DNA from: Planctomycetota bacterium
GTDB taxonomy: Bacteria; Planctomycetota; UBA8108; SXIK01
Assembly: GCA_965223265.1 (NCBI GenBank)
Contig: OZ244999.1
Location: 1,984,001 to 2,048,000 of the forward strand
Reading direction: 5' to 3'
DNA: 64,000 nt
In this document: one piece after another, positions 40,673 through 51,426 of the stretch
Layout: every line of letters starts with the position of its first letter
Numbering within the stretch: position 1 is the first letter of the stretch
The notes under the pieces: model-generated
Told to the model about the DNA's origin: nothing
Databases searched by the model: none
The model's input: the letters and a program-made list of their open reading frames with translations, nothing else
Translations under genes and position numbers: made by a program

Positions 40673-42526
40673 CTACAACGTTGGAAGCTCTGACTCGAGC
40701 TTAAACCGCCGCATGGCCTCGGGGTAGTCGAACGTTTGCCTCTCTTGTTTCCACCATTGCGTCCAACGATCGCGGAGCTTCTTCCAGTCGTCGTCGGACA
40801 GCTCGGGATGATAGCCAAAGTACTCTTGGGTCAGATGGTGTAGAGGCCGCATCCACATCGAGATCCCTGAACTCCGGTCGGGTTCAGTGTAACCCAAAAG
40901 TTGGATCAGGCCATCCAAACCGCGCCGGTCACCGCGAATAGCGAGTTGTTCGTAGGCCCACCATCGATAGAACTCGCGGAGCGACTCGTCCTCAGCGAAT
41001 CGCGACCATAAGGAAACAATGTCCTCTCTTTCGGAGTGTTCCAGCGCGCCCATTACGTCGTCAGCACAACGAGAAATCTCTGCGAGCTGTGCCAGGTAAT
41101 CGACGGATCGATCTGACTCCGTGATGGACAGCAGCGCGAGAAGCCTTTCGTTCGGGCATTCGGTTTTCGACTGCCTTCTCAGTTCGTCCGTTGCGGGAAG
41201 AGCTCGTAGAAGGGCGTCTGTGACGTTCTCGGGATCGCGCCGTGCCGCCCGGTTCATGGAAGCAGTCAACTGATCTTCGCAATCGTCGGAGTTCGAAAGG
41301 GCAGCAAACGCCTCGAAATCGAACGTTTCGAGTCTCCGTTCAAGCCACCTCGTTCCCAACTGACTGCCAAGCGTACGAGTCCAGCTGTCCCAATCAGCAT
41401 CTTCGCTGTCGCAGGGAGCGTTCCACGTGATGGCGTTGATCGTCTCTCGAGTTACGTCCAAGGGATCGTTTGAACGTTCGGTCCATGTGTCCTCTTCTTC
41501 CTCGTCTTCGCTTTCGTTTTCTGGCTCGTCCCCGTCCCGCTCGTCGTCGTCCTCCTCCTGCTCCTGCTCCTGCTCCTGCTCCGGGAGCGGTTTCGTCGAA
41601 AACGCGTGATGCCACTCGAGTGCGAGTGTCAGCGCCGATCGTGGCGCCGTCGCATCAAAGATCGCGAGCAGTCGAATCGCGACAGCCCGATTGTGGCCCT
41701 CGAGTTGTTCGACGGCCAGCCGCAGCGTTGGTTCCCATTCCGGCGAGCCAAGGCGATAGAAGGCGTGGGCCATCTCCGGCAGATCTTCGGCCGAAATCCT
41801 GTCTCGGAGTCCCACAAGAAGTTCAACGTCCGAGTCCTCACCAATCTCCCCGAGGACTTCGATCAGGAGGTGCACGCAAGGCGATTCCGCGTTTGCCGCC
41901 TGCAAAGCCTGTCGAACGGCATCTCTGAGGAGAGCTCTGTTTTCCTGCAGAGGAAACCGTGAGAACCCAACCGGTGTACGTCCCTCGAGAACGGGGTCGA
42001 TCCGAGACGACAGGCCATCCAGAACGATTGCCCCAAGACTATCACAGCTCCAATTCGGATCGCTCAATCGTCTTGATAGGAAGGGTAACGCGCTATCGCT
42101 TCCAATCTTGCCAAGTGTTGTCAGCACGCCGACGGTGAACAGCTCGGATTCGGGGTCATTTTTCATCATCGAAGACTCGGCGGCCGCGACGAGCGGAGCG
42201 ACTGCAGGCTCTCCGATCAACGCCAGAATTTCCATCGTCTCTGAGTCGAAGCTGTGAAAGACGTCGCGAATTGGCAGATCTTTCCACAGGTGCGCCACGA
42301 GATGAGAGGCGAATCGGTTTCCATCATTGATCAACGCGGCCTTGGCGTATCGATAACTTCGGTAGTTCGGGTCTTCGAGTCCTCCAGTCCGGTGCCTCAA
42401 ACGTTCAGCCAGACGCTCGAACGCACCGTTCTCTGTGGCGTTTGCGGAGACAGAACAAGACAGACCAGCGAGCGTCGAAAGACACATGACGCTCGGGAAT
42501 AGCACTTTCTTCAGTGCGTTGAACAT
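40673..42526 (-). CDS. Exported HEAT-repeat-like protein with acidic linker
   Basis: RBS AAGGAG and signal peptide/possible lipobox. Repeated 'LALIGEPAVAPLV', 'LGKIGSDSALPFL' and 'LGEIGEDSDVELL' units; E/D-rich tract. Confidence 0.75.
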   Translation of the reverse strand: MFNALKKVLFPSVMCLSTLAGLSCSVSANATENGAFERLAERLRHRTGGLEDPNYRSYRYAKAALINDGNRFASHLVAHLWKDLPIRDVFHSFDSETMEILALIGEPAVAPLVAAAESSMMKNDPESELFTVGVLTTLGKIGSDSALPFLSRRLSDPNWSCDSLGAIVLDGLSSRIDPVLEGRTPVGFSRFPLQENRALLRDAVRQALQAANAESPCVHLLIEVLGEIGEDSDVELLVGLRDRISAEDLPEMAHAFYRLGSPEWEPTLRLAVEQLEGHNRAVAIRLLAIFDATAPRSALTLALEWHHAFSTKPLPEQEQEQEQEEDDDERDGDEPENESEDEEEEDTWTERSNDPLDVTRETINAITWNAPCDSEDADWDSWTRTLGSQLGTRWLERRLETFDFEAFAALSNSDDCEDQLTASMNRAARRDPENVTDALLRALPATDELRRQSKTECPNERLLALLSITESDRSVDYLAQLAEISRCADDVMGALEHSEREDIVSLWSRFAEDESLREFYRWWAYEQLAIRGDRRGLDGLIQLLGYTEPDRSSGISMWMRPLHHLTQEYFGYHPELSDDDWKKLRDRWTQWWKQERQTFDYPEAMRRFKLESELPTL

Positions 42527-42712
42527 TCGCGGTCTCCTTGAGGAGCGCCCGATTTGCCGTCGTGGTGATCGCAGTGCCCGCAGGAAATCTCTTCGTCGCC
42601 GTTGGCGATCCTCTCCTCCGTCCGCCCCTCTTCTACTACAACCGCCGTTACTGAACCTCAACCGCGAGCGTTCGTTTCGGCTGGCGCGTCGCCCAAACGA
42701 ACTGTTTGTGTC

Positions 42713-44044
42713 TCACCGCGGTCTCGGAGCCCCGACCTCGACCACGAGTGGGGCAAGCATGGACTGCGCGCTCGTCGCGGCACTGACATGCGGTGGGAAC
42801 GGCACGAAGTGGAGCCCGTAGTGCAGGCGTTTCTCCTCCGCCTCAGTTGCCGGTGTGCCGCTTCGATACTCCCTCCACATCGCAAGGTCGCCCGCGCTGC
42901 CGGTCCGGATGCGATCGCTCGTGCTGCGGCCGAACTCATGCAGCCCCGCGGCAACACAGATTTCTTGGTCCATCAAGTGCACCCACCCCTCGGGCGTACC
43001 GAGGGTTCCACTGCCCGGCGAGCCGACCACAAACGGCGCGATTCCGTTCTGTGTACTGCGGAGGACTTGCCACTCGCCTTCGCCATCGCTGTTCGCCACG
43101 AGTTCGAATTGCCACCCCGGTCTCAGGGCCGCGTAGACGAGTGTTGTCGCGCCGAAATCCGCCATTGTCGGCTCGCCCTTGGCTTCGTTCCCAAGCGCCA
43201 GCGCTAGCTGCGTGCCGAGCTGCGCCACTCTGCCGCCGGGATCCTCCACCTGCCAGTTGACCTTCACCCAAGATTTCGTTGCCGGAAACTCCAGGGTCAC
43301 CCGCGACCGTACCCCCTCCAGGCGTCCTTCTCGTTCCTCCTTTTCGAACGTGAGTGCGATGGCAAGACGCCCTCGGCGTGCGACCCGTGCTGCGATCGGC
43401 TCTTCCCGATCGCCGTCGCTGAAGCGAAAGACACGCCCGTCACGGCTCATGAATTGCAGCCCGATGGCGCTGGGCTGCAGGTAGTCGTGCGATGGTGTTT
43501 TGAAGCGCCGCACGACGCCGCTGAGATCCTTTGCAACGGTCCACTCGAGATACGGCGCGTTGGTGATCACAAACGCGTCGTCCGTCTCCTCTAGCTCAAG
43601 TCCGCCTGAGCGCTCCGGCCCTGCCTCTACGCCGGCTCCGTACTTTACCGTCAGAGTCCGCTCTTCGTGCGGCCCCAAACTGATCGGGAAGTCCAGCCAC
43701 CACCGATCGGCGTCGCCGCTTTCTCGCTGTGGGCTAAACTGTGCTGCGATCGGACGCCCGTCGGAAAGTAGGCGAAACGGCGTCGTCGGTGTCACGGCGT
43801 GCGGCACCTTCAACTGCACGTGCACCGGATAACTAAAGCGTCGGATGCCGGCGGTCTCCCGCACGCGCAGCTCGATTTCGTCTCCTTGAGCGACTCCCAT
43901 CGAACACAAAAGAAGGAACATCAGGAGCGGGCGGGCACGCTCAATTCGCAGCTGAGCGCAGTGCTGCGGAAAGATCGCCGCGCGCCACGCGGCTCTCTTC
44001 GTGGTCGGCACGATGGCGTGCGGCAGACTTGGTGCGGTGGACAT
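42713..44044 (-). CDS. Secreted hypothetical protein
   Basis: Long ORF with a signal-like segment and beta-rich composition. Start is uncertain. Confidence 0.7.
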   Translation of the reverse strand: MSTAPSLPHAIVPTTKRAAWRAAIFPQHCAQLRIERARPLLMFLLLCSMGVAQGDEIELRVRETAGIRRFSYPVHVQLKVPHAVTPTTPFRLLSDGRPIAAQFSPQRESGDADRWWLDFPISLGPHEERTLTVKYGAGVEAGPERSGGLELEETDDAFVITNAPYLEWTVAKDLSGVVRRFKTPSHDYLQPSAIGLQFMSRDGRVFRFSDGDREEPIAARVARRGRLAIALTFEKEEREGRLEGVRSRVTLEFPATKSWVKVNWQVEDPGGRVAQLGTQLALALGNEAKGEPTMADFGATTLVYAALRPGWQFELVANSDGEGEWQVLRSTQNGIAPFVVGSPGSGTLGTPEGWVHLMDQEICVAAGLHEFGRSTSDRIRTGSAGDLAMWREYRSGTPATEAEEKRLHYGLHFVPFPPHVSAATSAQSMLAPLVVEVGAPRPR

Positions 44045-44195
44045 GACAGCAAGCTGAAATCCTGGTGGTCGTGAAGAATCTTCGGCGCAGGAAGCCGTGC
44101 GGACGCCGATCTAGCGCCGTAACATTTGAAGCCGTCGGCCGACAGACCCGCCGGCGACGCCGTTGCGATCGCATTGTACCCATGCAGACGTTAAG

Positions 44196-47069
44196 ATGCT
44201 CAGCGACATGGAACAGCGACCAAGCCAACCGCCACCGACGCCACCTGAGTCCACGCATTCGGCGCAGCCGGCCGCCGCGCAGCGCCCGAGACGTCGCCGC
44301 CGGGTCTGGCTCAAACTGGTCTTGGCCTTGGTCATCGCACTTGCGATCGCGATCGCGTTTTTGCCGGCGCTCGCATCCAAGTTCGCCAAGGGTCCGATCG
44401 TCTCCAGTCTCAGCGAACGCCTTCAGGCCCCTGTCGCAGTTGAGAGCTTGGAGCTGTCGTGGGGCGGCGAGCAGCGCGTTCAAGCGGCGGTCATCGGAGC
44501 GCCCAGTGGCTTCCCTCAAAATGAGGAGTTTCTCCGGTTCCGCCATGCGACTCTCCGCAGCGGTCTCTTCGGGCTGCTTTTTGGATCGAGTCCGATCACC
44601 TTGGAGGTGGAAGAGCCGCTAGTCAATATCGTCCGGCGCAGCGACGGCAAGTTCAACTTCGAGGCGTTCATCGCTGCGAGCGACGACCAGGATGGGAGGG
44701 AAAAGGAAACGCGACCCGACGGCGACAAAGAGTCGTCAGAGCCTCCACCGCAGCATCCAGATTCGCAGGACGCGGACTCTTTCGCACGTGACGTCGTATT
44801 CTCGCTCAAGGGAGGCACGGTCGACTATCGCGACGATCATCTCGGCACGACGGCTCGACTCGATGCGATGGAGCTCGCCCTGACGAAAACTGCGCATCAG
44901 ATCAACTGCGTCTTCTCTGCGACGTCGCGCGCTCGTGAAGGCGCTCAGCCCGGCACCGTCAAAGCGCAGTTGGCCGTCGACGACATCGAGTCACTTCGTG
45001 CGCGCGGCGCCGCGGATGTCAGTGGGATCGCCGTCGACGCCTCCGTTCGCAACTTCGATCTGCGTCCGTACCGCGGGCTTCTGGAGAAATTTGCGAGTGT
45101 GAATTCGCCACCGGAGCCGGTAGACCTCACGATCGATGCGTCCAGCGGCCGTGATTTCCTTCGGCTCACCGCCAAGGCGGACGTCGGCTTCGCTACACTC
45201 AACGAACTATCCATACGCCTGCCAACGGGAGTGGGCGACCACTCCGAAGCCGGCGCTGGAGTCGAGCAGACACCTGAAGGCGAGCTGCAGGAACTTGCGA
45301 TCAGCGCCGATTACTCACTTTCCCTGGCGCCGCTGCTCGACTTTCTACGACCCATGCACGCAAGTCTGGCGTCCGCCGAGCTCAGCGGTAGCGCCGCAGG
45401 AAACCTGAAGCTCTCGGCGCCCTATTCTCTGCAGCAGCTTCTGCGCGGTGACAAGCCGGCACTGCGATCAACACTACACTTCGAGGCGCAAGACATCGAG
45501 GCCAGTTGGTCGCCACAAGAGATGTCGGCGCGCGCCGCCGACGCTGCCTCCGAGTCCGAATCTGACTCCGACTCCGTATCCGTGTCTGACTCCGTCTCCG
45601 CCTCTGTATCCGACTCCGCCTCTGTATCCGACTCCGACTCTGTCTCTGCCTCCGCCTCTGTATCCGTATCTGACTCTGCACCTGTATCCGCCACTGCCAC
45701 TGCCTCCGCCTCCACCCCCGAGCCTCCGAAACCAGCGTCGTCATCACCACTGCACGCGCCTCTCCGCTTCGTCGAAAAAAAGATCGTCTGCGATCTCGAA
45801 GCCGACCTCAGCGCCGCGTTCGACAGCATCCACATCTCCAAGCTGAACCTCAGCAGCGACGTCGTCAACCTGAGCGCCAATGGATCGATCCAGCCCGCCG
45901 GCGGTGCGCGAGCGGTCGACCTCCAGGCGGCGGGCTCGCTCCAGCTGGCGACTCTGGCGGCTTCGTTTGCGGAGCGACTTCCCGCCGGATTCAAGATTTC
46001 GCCGGCCACGCGGCTTGCGGTCGATGGTGCTCGGCTCTCTGGAGTGTTGGACCCGGAGAAATGGCGAGAGACCCTCGCAGCGCAGCTCCAGTTGACCCTC
46101 GGCGGCGACGTCAGCTACTACGCTAACAAGGTGAGCGCGCTCAAGAGCGACGTTCAGCTCGAGCGCGGCGCGCTGCATCTGACGGAGACGTCGATCGCCG
46201 CCAACGGCGGCGCGATCACTCTCGAACAGTTCATTCTCGACACCGCGTCGAAGCCGGCGACCTACAAAGCCGCCTTCAGTGCCCGCGATGTCGGGCTGAC
46301 CTATGACATGACTGCGCTTTTGGCCTATGCGTTGCCGTTTCTCTCCCTCGAAAGCCGGGAGAACTCGAACGTCGCCGGGCGCGTGGCCGCGAAGTTGTCG
46401 ATCTCTGGCCGCGGCTTCAGTCTTGAGGACCTGCAGGAGCACCTCACGGGTAGCGGCGAGATCAGTGTCGCGGACGCCACGCTGGCGGGCTCGAAGTTTT
46501 TCGCCGAACTTGGCCGTGCCATCGGTGGGCTGTCCGAGATCTCTGTGTTCAAGGAGTTCGGGTCAAAGTTCGATCTTGCCGGCGGCAAGCTGTCCGCGTC
46601 GCGCGTTGCACTGACTCCGGCGGCTGGCAGCAAGGTGCGCAACCTCGGCCTTACCGGAACCACGTGGTTCGACGGCCGCCTCGACTACGGCGTCGATCTT
46701 GCCGCGCTGCACGAGACCATCGGCGATAAGAAAATACGCCGCATTCTCGAGGATGCGCAGAGCATTCTCGGCGGCAATCTCGCCCCGCTTAAGCTGCGCG
46801 GCACGCTGCAGAAGCCGCAGCTCACCCTTGACGTCGGTGGCAGCACGCGCGGCGGTGGGCTGCTCGATCAACTGCCGGGCATTCTCGGCGATCGAAATGG
46901 TCGCCGGAAGCCGAAGGCCCAGGACACCCAGGACGCCGACAGAGCGCGAACGCCTGAGGGTGAACGTCAAGGCGATGACGCCCTCATCGACGACGTGCGC
47001 GGGCTGATCGATCTCTTCAAGAAGAGGAAGAAGAGGCGCCGAGAGTCGCCGTCGGAGCCCGAGAAGTAG
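44196..47069 (+). CDS. AsmA-like / DUF748-type membrane-anchored protein
   Basis: N-terminal TM anchor, 'VNIVRRSDGKFNF', a C-terminal AsmA-like region ('LRGTLQKPQL') and an internal S/D/V/A low-complexity tract. Confidence 0.75.
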   Translation: MLSDMEQRPSQPPPTPPESTHSAQPAAAQRPRRRRRVWLKLVLALVIALAIAIAFLPALASKFAKGPIVSSLSERLQAPVAVESLELSWGGEQRVQAAVIGAPSGFPQNEEFLRFRHATLRSGLFGLLFGSSPITLEVEEPLVNIVRRSDGKFNFEAFIAASDDQDGREKETRPDGDKESSEPPPQHPDSQDADSFARDVVFSLKGGTVDYRDDHLGTTARLDAMELALTKTAHQINCVFSATSRAREGAQPGTVKAQLAVDDIESLRARGAADVSGIAVDASVRNFDLRPYRGLLEKFASVNSPPEPVDLTIDASSGRDFLRLTAKADVGFATLNELSIRLPTGVGDHSEAGAGVEQTPEGELQELAISADYSLSLAPLLDFLRPMHASLASAELSGSAAGNLKLSAPYSLQQLLRGDKPALRSTLHFEAQDIEASWSPQEMSARAADAASESESDSDSVSVSDSVSASVSDSASVSDSDSVSASASVSVSDSAPVSATATASASTPEPPKPASSSPLHAPLRFVEKKIVCDLEADLSAAFDSIHISKLNLSSDVVNLSANGSIQPAGGARAVDLQAAGSLQLATLAASFAERLPAGFKISPATRLAVDGARLSGVLDPEKWRETLAAQLQLTLGGDVSYYANKVSALKSDVQLERGALHLTETSIAANGGAITLEQFILDTASKPATYKAAFSARDVGLTYDMTALLAYALPFLSLESRENSNVAGRVAAKLSISGRGFSLEDLQEHLTGSGEISVADATLAGSKFFAELGRAIGGLSEISVFKEFGSKFDLAGGKLSASRVALTPAAGSKVRNLGLTGTTWFDGRLDYGVDLAALHETIGDKKIRRILEDAQSILGGNLAPLKLRGTLQKPQLTLDVGGSTRGGGLLDQLPGILGDRNGRRKPKAQDTQDADRARTPEGERQGDDALIDDVRGLIDLFKKRKKRRRESPSEPEK
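45548..45716 (+). repeat. In-frame degenerate hexamer tract TC(C/T)G(A/T/C)N encoding Ser-X dipeptides
   Basis: TCCGAGTCCGAATCTGACTCCGACTCCGTATCC... translates as SESESDSDSVSVSDS... Confidence 0.85.
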
Positions 47070-47227
47070 TTCTTCACTCCGATAGCCCACGACTGCCGAT
47101 TGTGGTAAGTTGAAATCTGCGGGCCTGGTCCGCAACGACCGAGCAGCAGATCGAGGAGTTTGCGTGTCGACGGCCGATGCCTCGCCGTGTTCTCGCTCTG
47201 AGGTCAAAGGGCGCGCGGAGAGAACGA

Positions 47228-49969
47228 GTGAAGCCCGATTCCTTTCGTCGCATGAGCGAGTTGTTCGAGGCGGCTCGACGTCTCGAACCAGAAGCCCGCG
47301 CCGCGTTTCTTGCCGAGGCTTGCGGCGACGACGCCGCGCTGCGCGACGAGGTGGAAAACCTCCTGGCGCGACACTCGTCGTCCGGACTCTTGGGTGAGAC
47401 CGACGTGGAGCAGCGCGGAGCGGATTTGCGCTTCGCGGCGGCCGCAGAACTCGGAGCCGATGCACCTGAGCGCCTCGGACCCTACCGCATCTTGGAGGTC
47501 TTGGGCGAGGGGGGGATGGGGATTGTCTACTACGCCGAGCAGACGTCGCCCGTCCGTCGTCGCGTCGCGGTCAAAGCGATCAAGCTTGGCATGGACACCA
47601 AGGAAGTGTTGGCGCGCTTCGAGGCCGAGCGCCAGGCGCTGGCTCTCATGAACCACCCGAGCATCGCTCAAGTGTACGACGCCGGGCATTCCGGCGATGG
47701 ACGTCCCTACTTCGTCATGGAGTATGTCGCCGGGACTCCGCTGAACACTTACTGCGACCGAAATCGACTCGGTGTTCGCGAGCGGATTGAGCTGATCATT
47801 CAAGTCTGTCATGGCGTCCAGCACGCCCATCACCGCGGCATCCTGCACCGCGACCTTAAGCCGTCCAACGTTCTCGTCGCCGCGCCAGACGATCGTCCCG
47901 TCGCTAAGATCATCGATTTTGGCGTCGCGAAGGCGACCAACCAGCAGTTGACCGAGCGGACGCTCTACACCGAGTTCGGCCGCGCTGTCGGGACGCCGGC
48001 CTACATGAGTCCTGAGATGACCGAGCTCTCCGCCGAGCAGGTGGACCACCGTGCCGACGTCTACTCGATGGGGGTCATACTCTACGAGCTGCTCGTTGGA
48101 CAGTTGCCACACGACTGGGAAACACTGCAAAAGGTCTCCTACGACGAGATGTTGCGACATGTGCGCGACGAGGAACCCGCGACCCCAAGCACGCGGTGGA
48201 CACAGTTCGATCGCAGGCAGACCGAAGAGCTCGCCGCAGCCCGTCAGGCGGACTCGACACAAATCACAAAGCAGCTGCGGGGCGACCTCGACTGGATCAC
48301 AATGCGTGCACTCGAGAAGGACCGTCGGAGGCGTTATCAGACCGCCGCTGAGATGGCTGCAGACCTCACACGCTTCCTTCACGGTGAGCCGGTCGAGGCT
48401 CGTCCTCCGAGTGCTGCGTATCGAGTACGAAAGTTCGTGCGGAGGCATCGGGCGCTAGTCGTTGGAACCGCGGCGGTCTTCATCGCGCTTCTTGCCGGGC
48501 TGATCGTCAGTCTCGTGTTTTTCGTTCGCGCGCATCGGAGCGCCGAAGAGGCGCGGCAGCGCACAGCCCAAGTTCTCCAGCTTTCGGACATTCAGCGATT
48601 GGCTGACTATCGGCGCGAAATGGCAGACCTTTGGCCTGCGCATGCGCGTATGGTGGGAGCGATGGAAAAGTGGCTGGCGAACTCCCGCGCACTGTCCTCG
48701 CGTCTTGCGGACCATCGCCAGCAAGTCGACGAGCTCCGACGTTTGGCCGCGAGCGAGGGCGATCGTTGGCAGTTCGATTCCACGGAGAACCAGTGGTGGC
48801 ACGACAATCTCGCTACGCTAGTCGACGATTTGAGCCAATTCGCAGATCCTGTTCACGGCGCCATCACCGAGGTCGAACGCAGACTCGAATTTGCACGCAC
48901 GATCGAGCAGCGATCGATTTCGGACTACCGGGCCGAGTGGAGCGAAGCGAGGAAGTCGATTGCGGCGGAAGGATCGCCGTATGCGAGGCTCGATCTCGCC
49001 CCGCAGCTCGGGCTCGTGCCGTTGGGACAAGATCCCGTCACGGGGTTTTGGGAGTTTGGGCACCTGCAGACTGGGGCGGTGCCGCGCCGTGGCGACCAAG
49101 GTGAGCTACTGTTGACGCCAGAGACGGGGCTTGTGTTCGTGCTGATCCCTGGCGGTCGCTTTCGCATGGGCGCGGTGGCGGCGGCCGAGCCAAAGCCTGA
49201 GACGAATTCGACCACCGCGAATGGCGCGGACAACATCGATCCCGATGCCGAGATGAAGGAAGGGCCGGTGCATGAAGTGGAGCTGGCTCCGTTCTTTATG
49301 TCGAAATATGAGATGACTCAAGCTCAATGGTTGCGCGTGGCTGGCGGCAACCCGAGCGTCTATGACCTCGAGAAGACCATCGGCTCCAAGAAACACAGCC
49401 CTCTCCATCCGGTCGAGAATGTGAGCTGGAATGAATGCGAGACAATCTTCCACCGGCTCGAATTGCAGCTGCCTACTGAGGCGCAGTGGGAGTACGCCGC
49501 GCGTGCAGGCACCAGCACGGTGTGGTGGACGGGAGACGATCCAGCATCACTTGCTGGCGCGGCCAACCTCGCAGACGCGTACGCACGCGATCACAACGGT
49601 CCACGTAGCTGGATCTACGAGGCTTGGAGCGACGGTTACTTGGCGCACGCGCCTGCGAACAAGTCGAAACCAAATCCCTTCGGTCTTCACGGTATGCTCG
49701 GAAATGTTAAAGAGTGGTGCCGCGATCAACATGGCGATTACGCTCAACCGGTGGCGCCACGAACCGGCGAACGCCAGGCGGAGTCGGACACGCGCATCCT
49801 GCGTGGCGGCAGTTATGACATGAACGCACGTCGAGCTCGCGTGGCTTTCCGAGGGCGTGGCCGACCAGAGCTCCGCAGTCCGAACCTTGGAGTGCGGCCT
49901 GTGCGCGTGATGTTTGTTCCCGGCGACTCGATCGAAACGGAAGCAAGCGCAAACGACATGGAAAACTGA
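47228..49969 (+). CDS. Ser/Thr protein kinase fused to an FGE-sulfatase (SUMF1-like) domain
   Basis: GEGGMG, VAVK, HRDLKPSN, DFG and GTPAYMSPE; a TM segment; LPTEAQWEYAARAG and MLGNVKEW. Confidence 0.95.
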   Translation: MKPDSFRRMSELFEAARRLEPEARAAFLAEACGDDAALRDEVENLLARHSSSGLLGETDVEQRGADLRFAAAAELGADAPERLGPYRILEVLGEGGMGIVYYAEQTSPVRRRVAVKAIKLGMDTKEVLARFEAERQALALMNHPSIAQVYDAGHSGDGRPYFVMEYVAGTPLNTYCDRNRLGVRERIELIIQVCHGVQHAHHRGILHRDLKPSNVLVAAPDDRPVAKIIDFGVAKATNQQLTERTLYTEFGRAVGTPAYMSPEMTELSAEQVDHRADVYSMGVILYELLVGQLPHDWETLQKVSYDEMLRHVRDEEPATPSTRWTQFDRRQTEELAAARQADSTQITKQLRGDLDWITMRALEKDRRRRYQTAAEMAADLTRFLHGEPVEARPPSAAYRVRKFVRRHRALVVGTAAVFIALLAGLIVSLVFFVRAHRSAEEARQRTAQVLQLSDIQRLADYRREMADLWPAHARMVGAMEKWLANSRALSSRLADHRQQVDELRRLAASEGDRWQFDSTENQWWHDNLATLVDDLSQFADPVHGAITEVERRLEFARTIEQRSISDYRAEWSEARKSIAAEGSPYARLDLAPQLGLVPLGQDPVTGFWEFGHLQTGAVPRRGDQGELLLTPETGLVFVLIPGGRFRMGAVAAAEPKPETNSTTANGADNIDPDAEMKEGPVHEVELAPFFMSKYEMTQAQWLRVAGGNPSVYDLEKTIGSKKHSPLHPVENVSWNECETIFHRLELQLPTEAQWEYAARAGTSTVWWTGDDPASLAGAANLADAYARDHNGPRSWIYEAWSDGYLAHAPANKSKPNPFGLHGMLGNVKEWCRDQHGDYAQPVAPRTGERQAESDTRILRGGSYDMNARRARVAFRGRGRPELRSPNLGVRPVRVMFVPGDSIETEASANDMEN

Positions 49970-49983
49970 GGCTCGGAGTTAAC

Positions 49984-50167
49984 TTAACAGCCCGTTGAAA
50001 AAGTCATTCGGCCGAGAAACCGGCCTCTTCACGCCCAGACGGGCCGCGTCAATACTCGCCGTATACCTTATAGAAGAGGGCTCGGAGATTACCTGCGTTT
50101 GCCGCGGCCGATCTGGACGCGAAGAGACCAGTTTTCGGCTCGAAGCACTTTTTCAACAGGCTGTTAA
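49984..50167. mobile_element. Palindromic MITE, copy 2 (TTAA duplication)
   Basis: TTAA-CAGCCCGTTGAAAAAGT...ACTTTTTCAACAGGCTG-TTAA; the arms pair over about 70 bp. Confidence 0.85.
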
Positions 50168-50338
50168 GTTAAGTTAAAGGATCTCCACGCGATGCGGATT
50201 TTTCCAATCGGAAGGACTTTTTGGGCGAGCCGTTGAACACGCTGTTGGCTCAGCAGTACCATCGTTGTGGGTGTCGTCCTTCGACGGGCGTTCACCCTAC
50301 TTTCTTTTATCCGAGTGCGTGAAGATCGAGGTACTCCC

Positions 50339-51370
50339 ATGAAGTTCTTGCTGCCGGCATTCGTCCTGGGCGTCGGTTTCGTCTTCCCAGGGAAAATCGT
50401 CGCCGCACCGATCAACTGCGGTGAACCGGTGCCGGTCAGTCTGTTCGGCACAGAGACCACGGAGTTCACGTTCTCCGGCAACGCCGGTGATCGCATCTTA
50501 TTCAATCTACTGCCGGAGGACGGCAGCGCCTCGATCGAAACGCCCGCTGTCGATCTCCTGGCGAGCGTCTCCGGGGACCCAGTCGTTCTCGGCGGACAAG
50601 GACTGTCCGTCGCCGAATTGCCCACCACAGGGGAGTATAAGTTCGTCGCTCGAAACCCATTCCCGGAAGCTGAGTGCTGCGTCGATTCGGAGCTCAATCT
50701 CGACTGGCTAGGTCCGAGTGAGTCGCAGTGCGCGGACGCTGCTCTCACCTTCGGGGAAAATCTTGTCGCCGAAGTAGGGGCGGTCGAGGAGGATCTCTAC
50801 AATTTCGTCGGCAGCGCAGGCGATACGTTTTCGCTCACCGTGACGCGCGAGCCTGAGTCGACGTTTGGCACCACGGTTCAGTACGAGCTCTACGGACCCG
50901 ATGTTGCCGGATCACTCATTCAGGGGACCGTCCCTGTTTCCAACTCGCAATCGACGAGCGTCATGGACGATCTCGACCTTCCGGTGAGCGGGACTTACAC
51001 GCTTCGGATCCGCGTCGCCGAGCCGTTCGAGACGCCTCAGAACGTCGCGTACGTACTTTTCACTCAGCTCACCGCGCCGACCACACTCTTTCAGCGTGGA
51101 GACATCGATTTCAGTGGTGATCACGATATCAGTGACGCGATCAACAGTTTGAACTTTCAGTTCCTCGGCACGTTCGAGCCGCTCTGTCGCGACGCGCTCG
51201 ATCTCAACGACAGCGGCGACATCGACATCTCCGATCCGGTGCTGAGTCTCCTCTTTCTCTTTGTCGGCGGCGTCACGGTCGCGGAGCCTTTTTCTGAGTG
51301 CGGACCGGATACGACGCCAGACGCGCCTGTCGAACTGACGTGCGACTCCTTCCCAATTTGTAACTCGTAG
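50339..51370 (+). CDS. Secreted protein with PPC-like beta domains and C-terminal dockerin-like domain
   Basis: Signal peptide, two 'F.G.AGD' units and 'FQRGDIDFSGDHDISD...DLNDSGDIDISDP'. Confidence 0.8.
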   Translation: MKFLLPAFVLGVGFVFPGKIVAAPINCGEPVPVSLFGTETTEFTFSGNAGDRILFNLLPEDGSASIETPAVDLLASVSGDPVVLGGQGLSVAELPTTGEYKFVARNPFPEAECCVDSELNLDWLGPSESQCADAALTFGENLVAEVGAVEEDLYNFVGSAGDTFSLTVTREPESTFGTTVQYELYGPDVAGSLIQGTVPVSNSQSTSVMDDLDLPVSGTYTLRIRVAEPFETPQNVAYVLFTQLTAPTTLFQRGDIDFSGDHDISDAINSLNFQFLGTFEPLCRDALDLNDSGDIDISDPVLSLLFLFVGGVTVAEPFSECGPDTTPDAPVELTCDSFPICNS

Positions 51371-51426
51371 CAGTCGACCCGTGCGGATCGCGCTGAGCGT
51401 GGAGCGGGCACTTCGGCTCGTCGACT

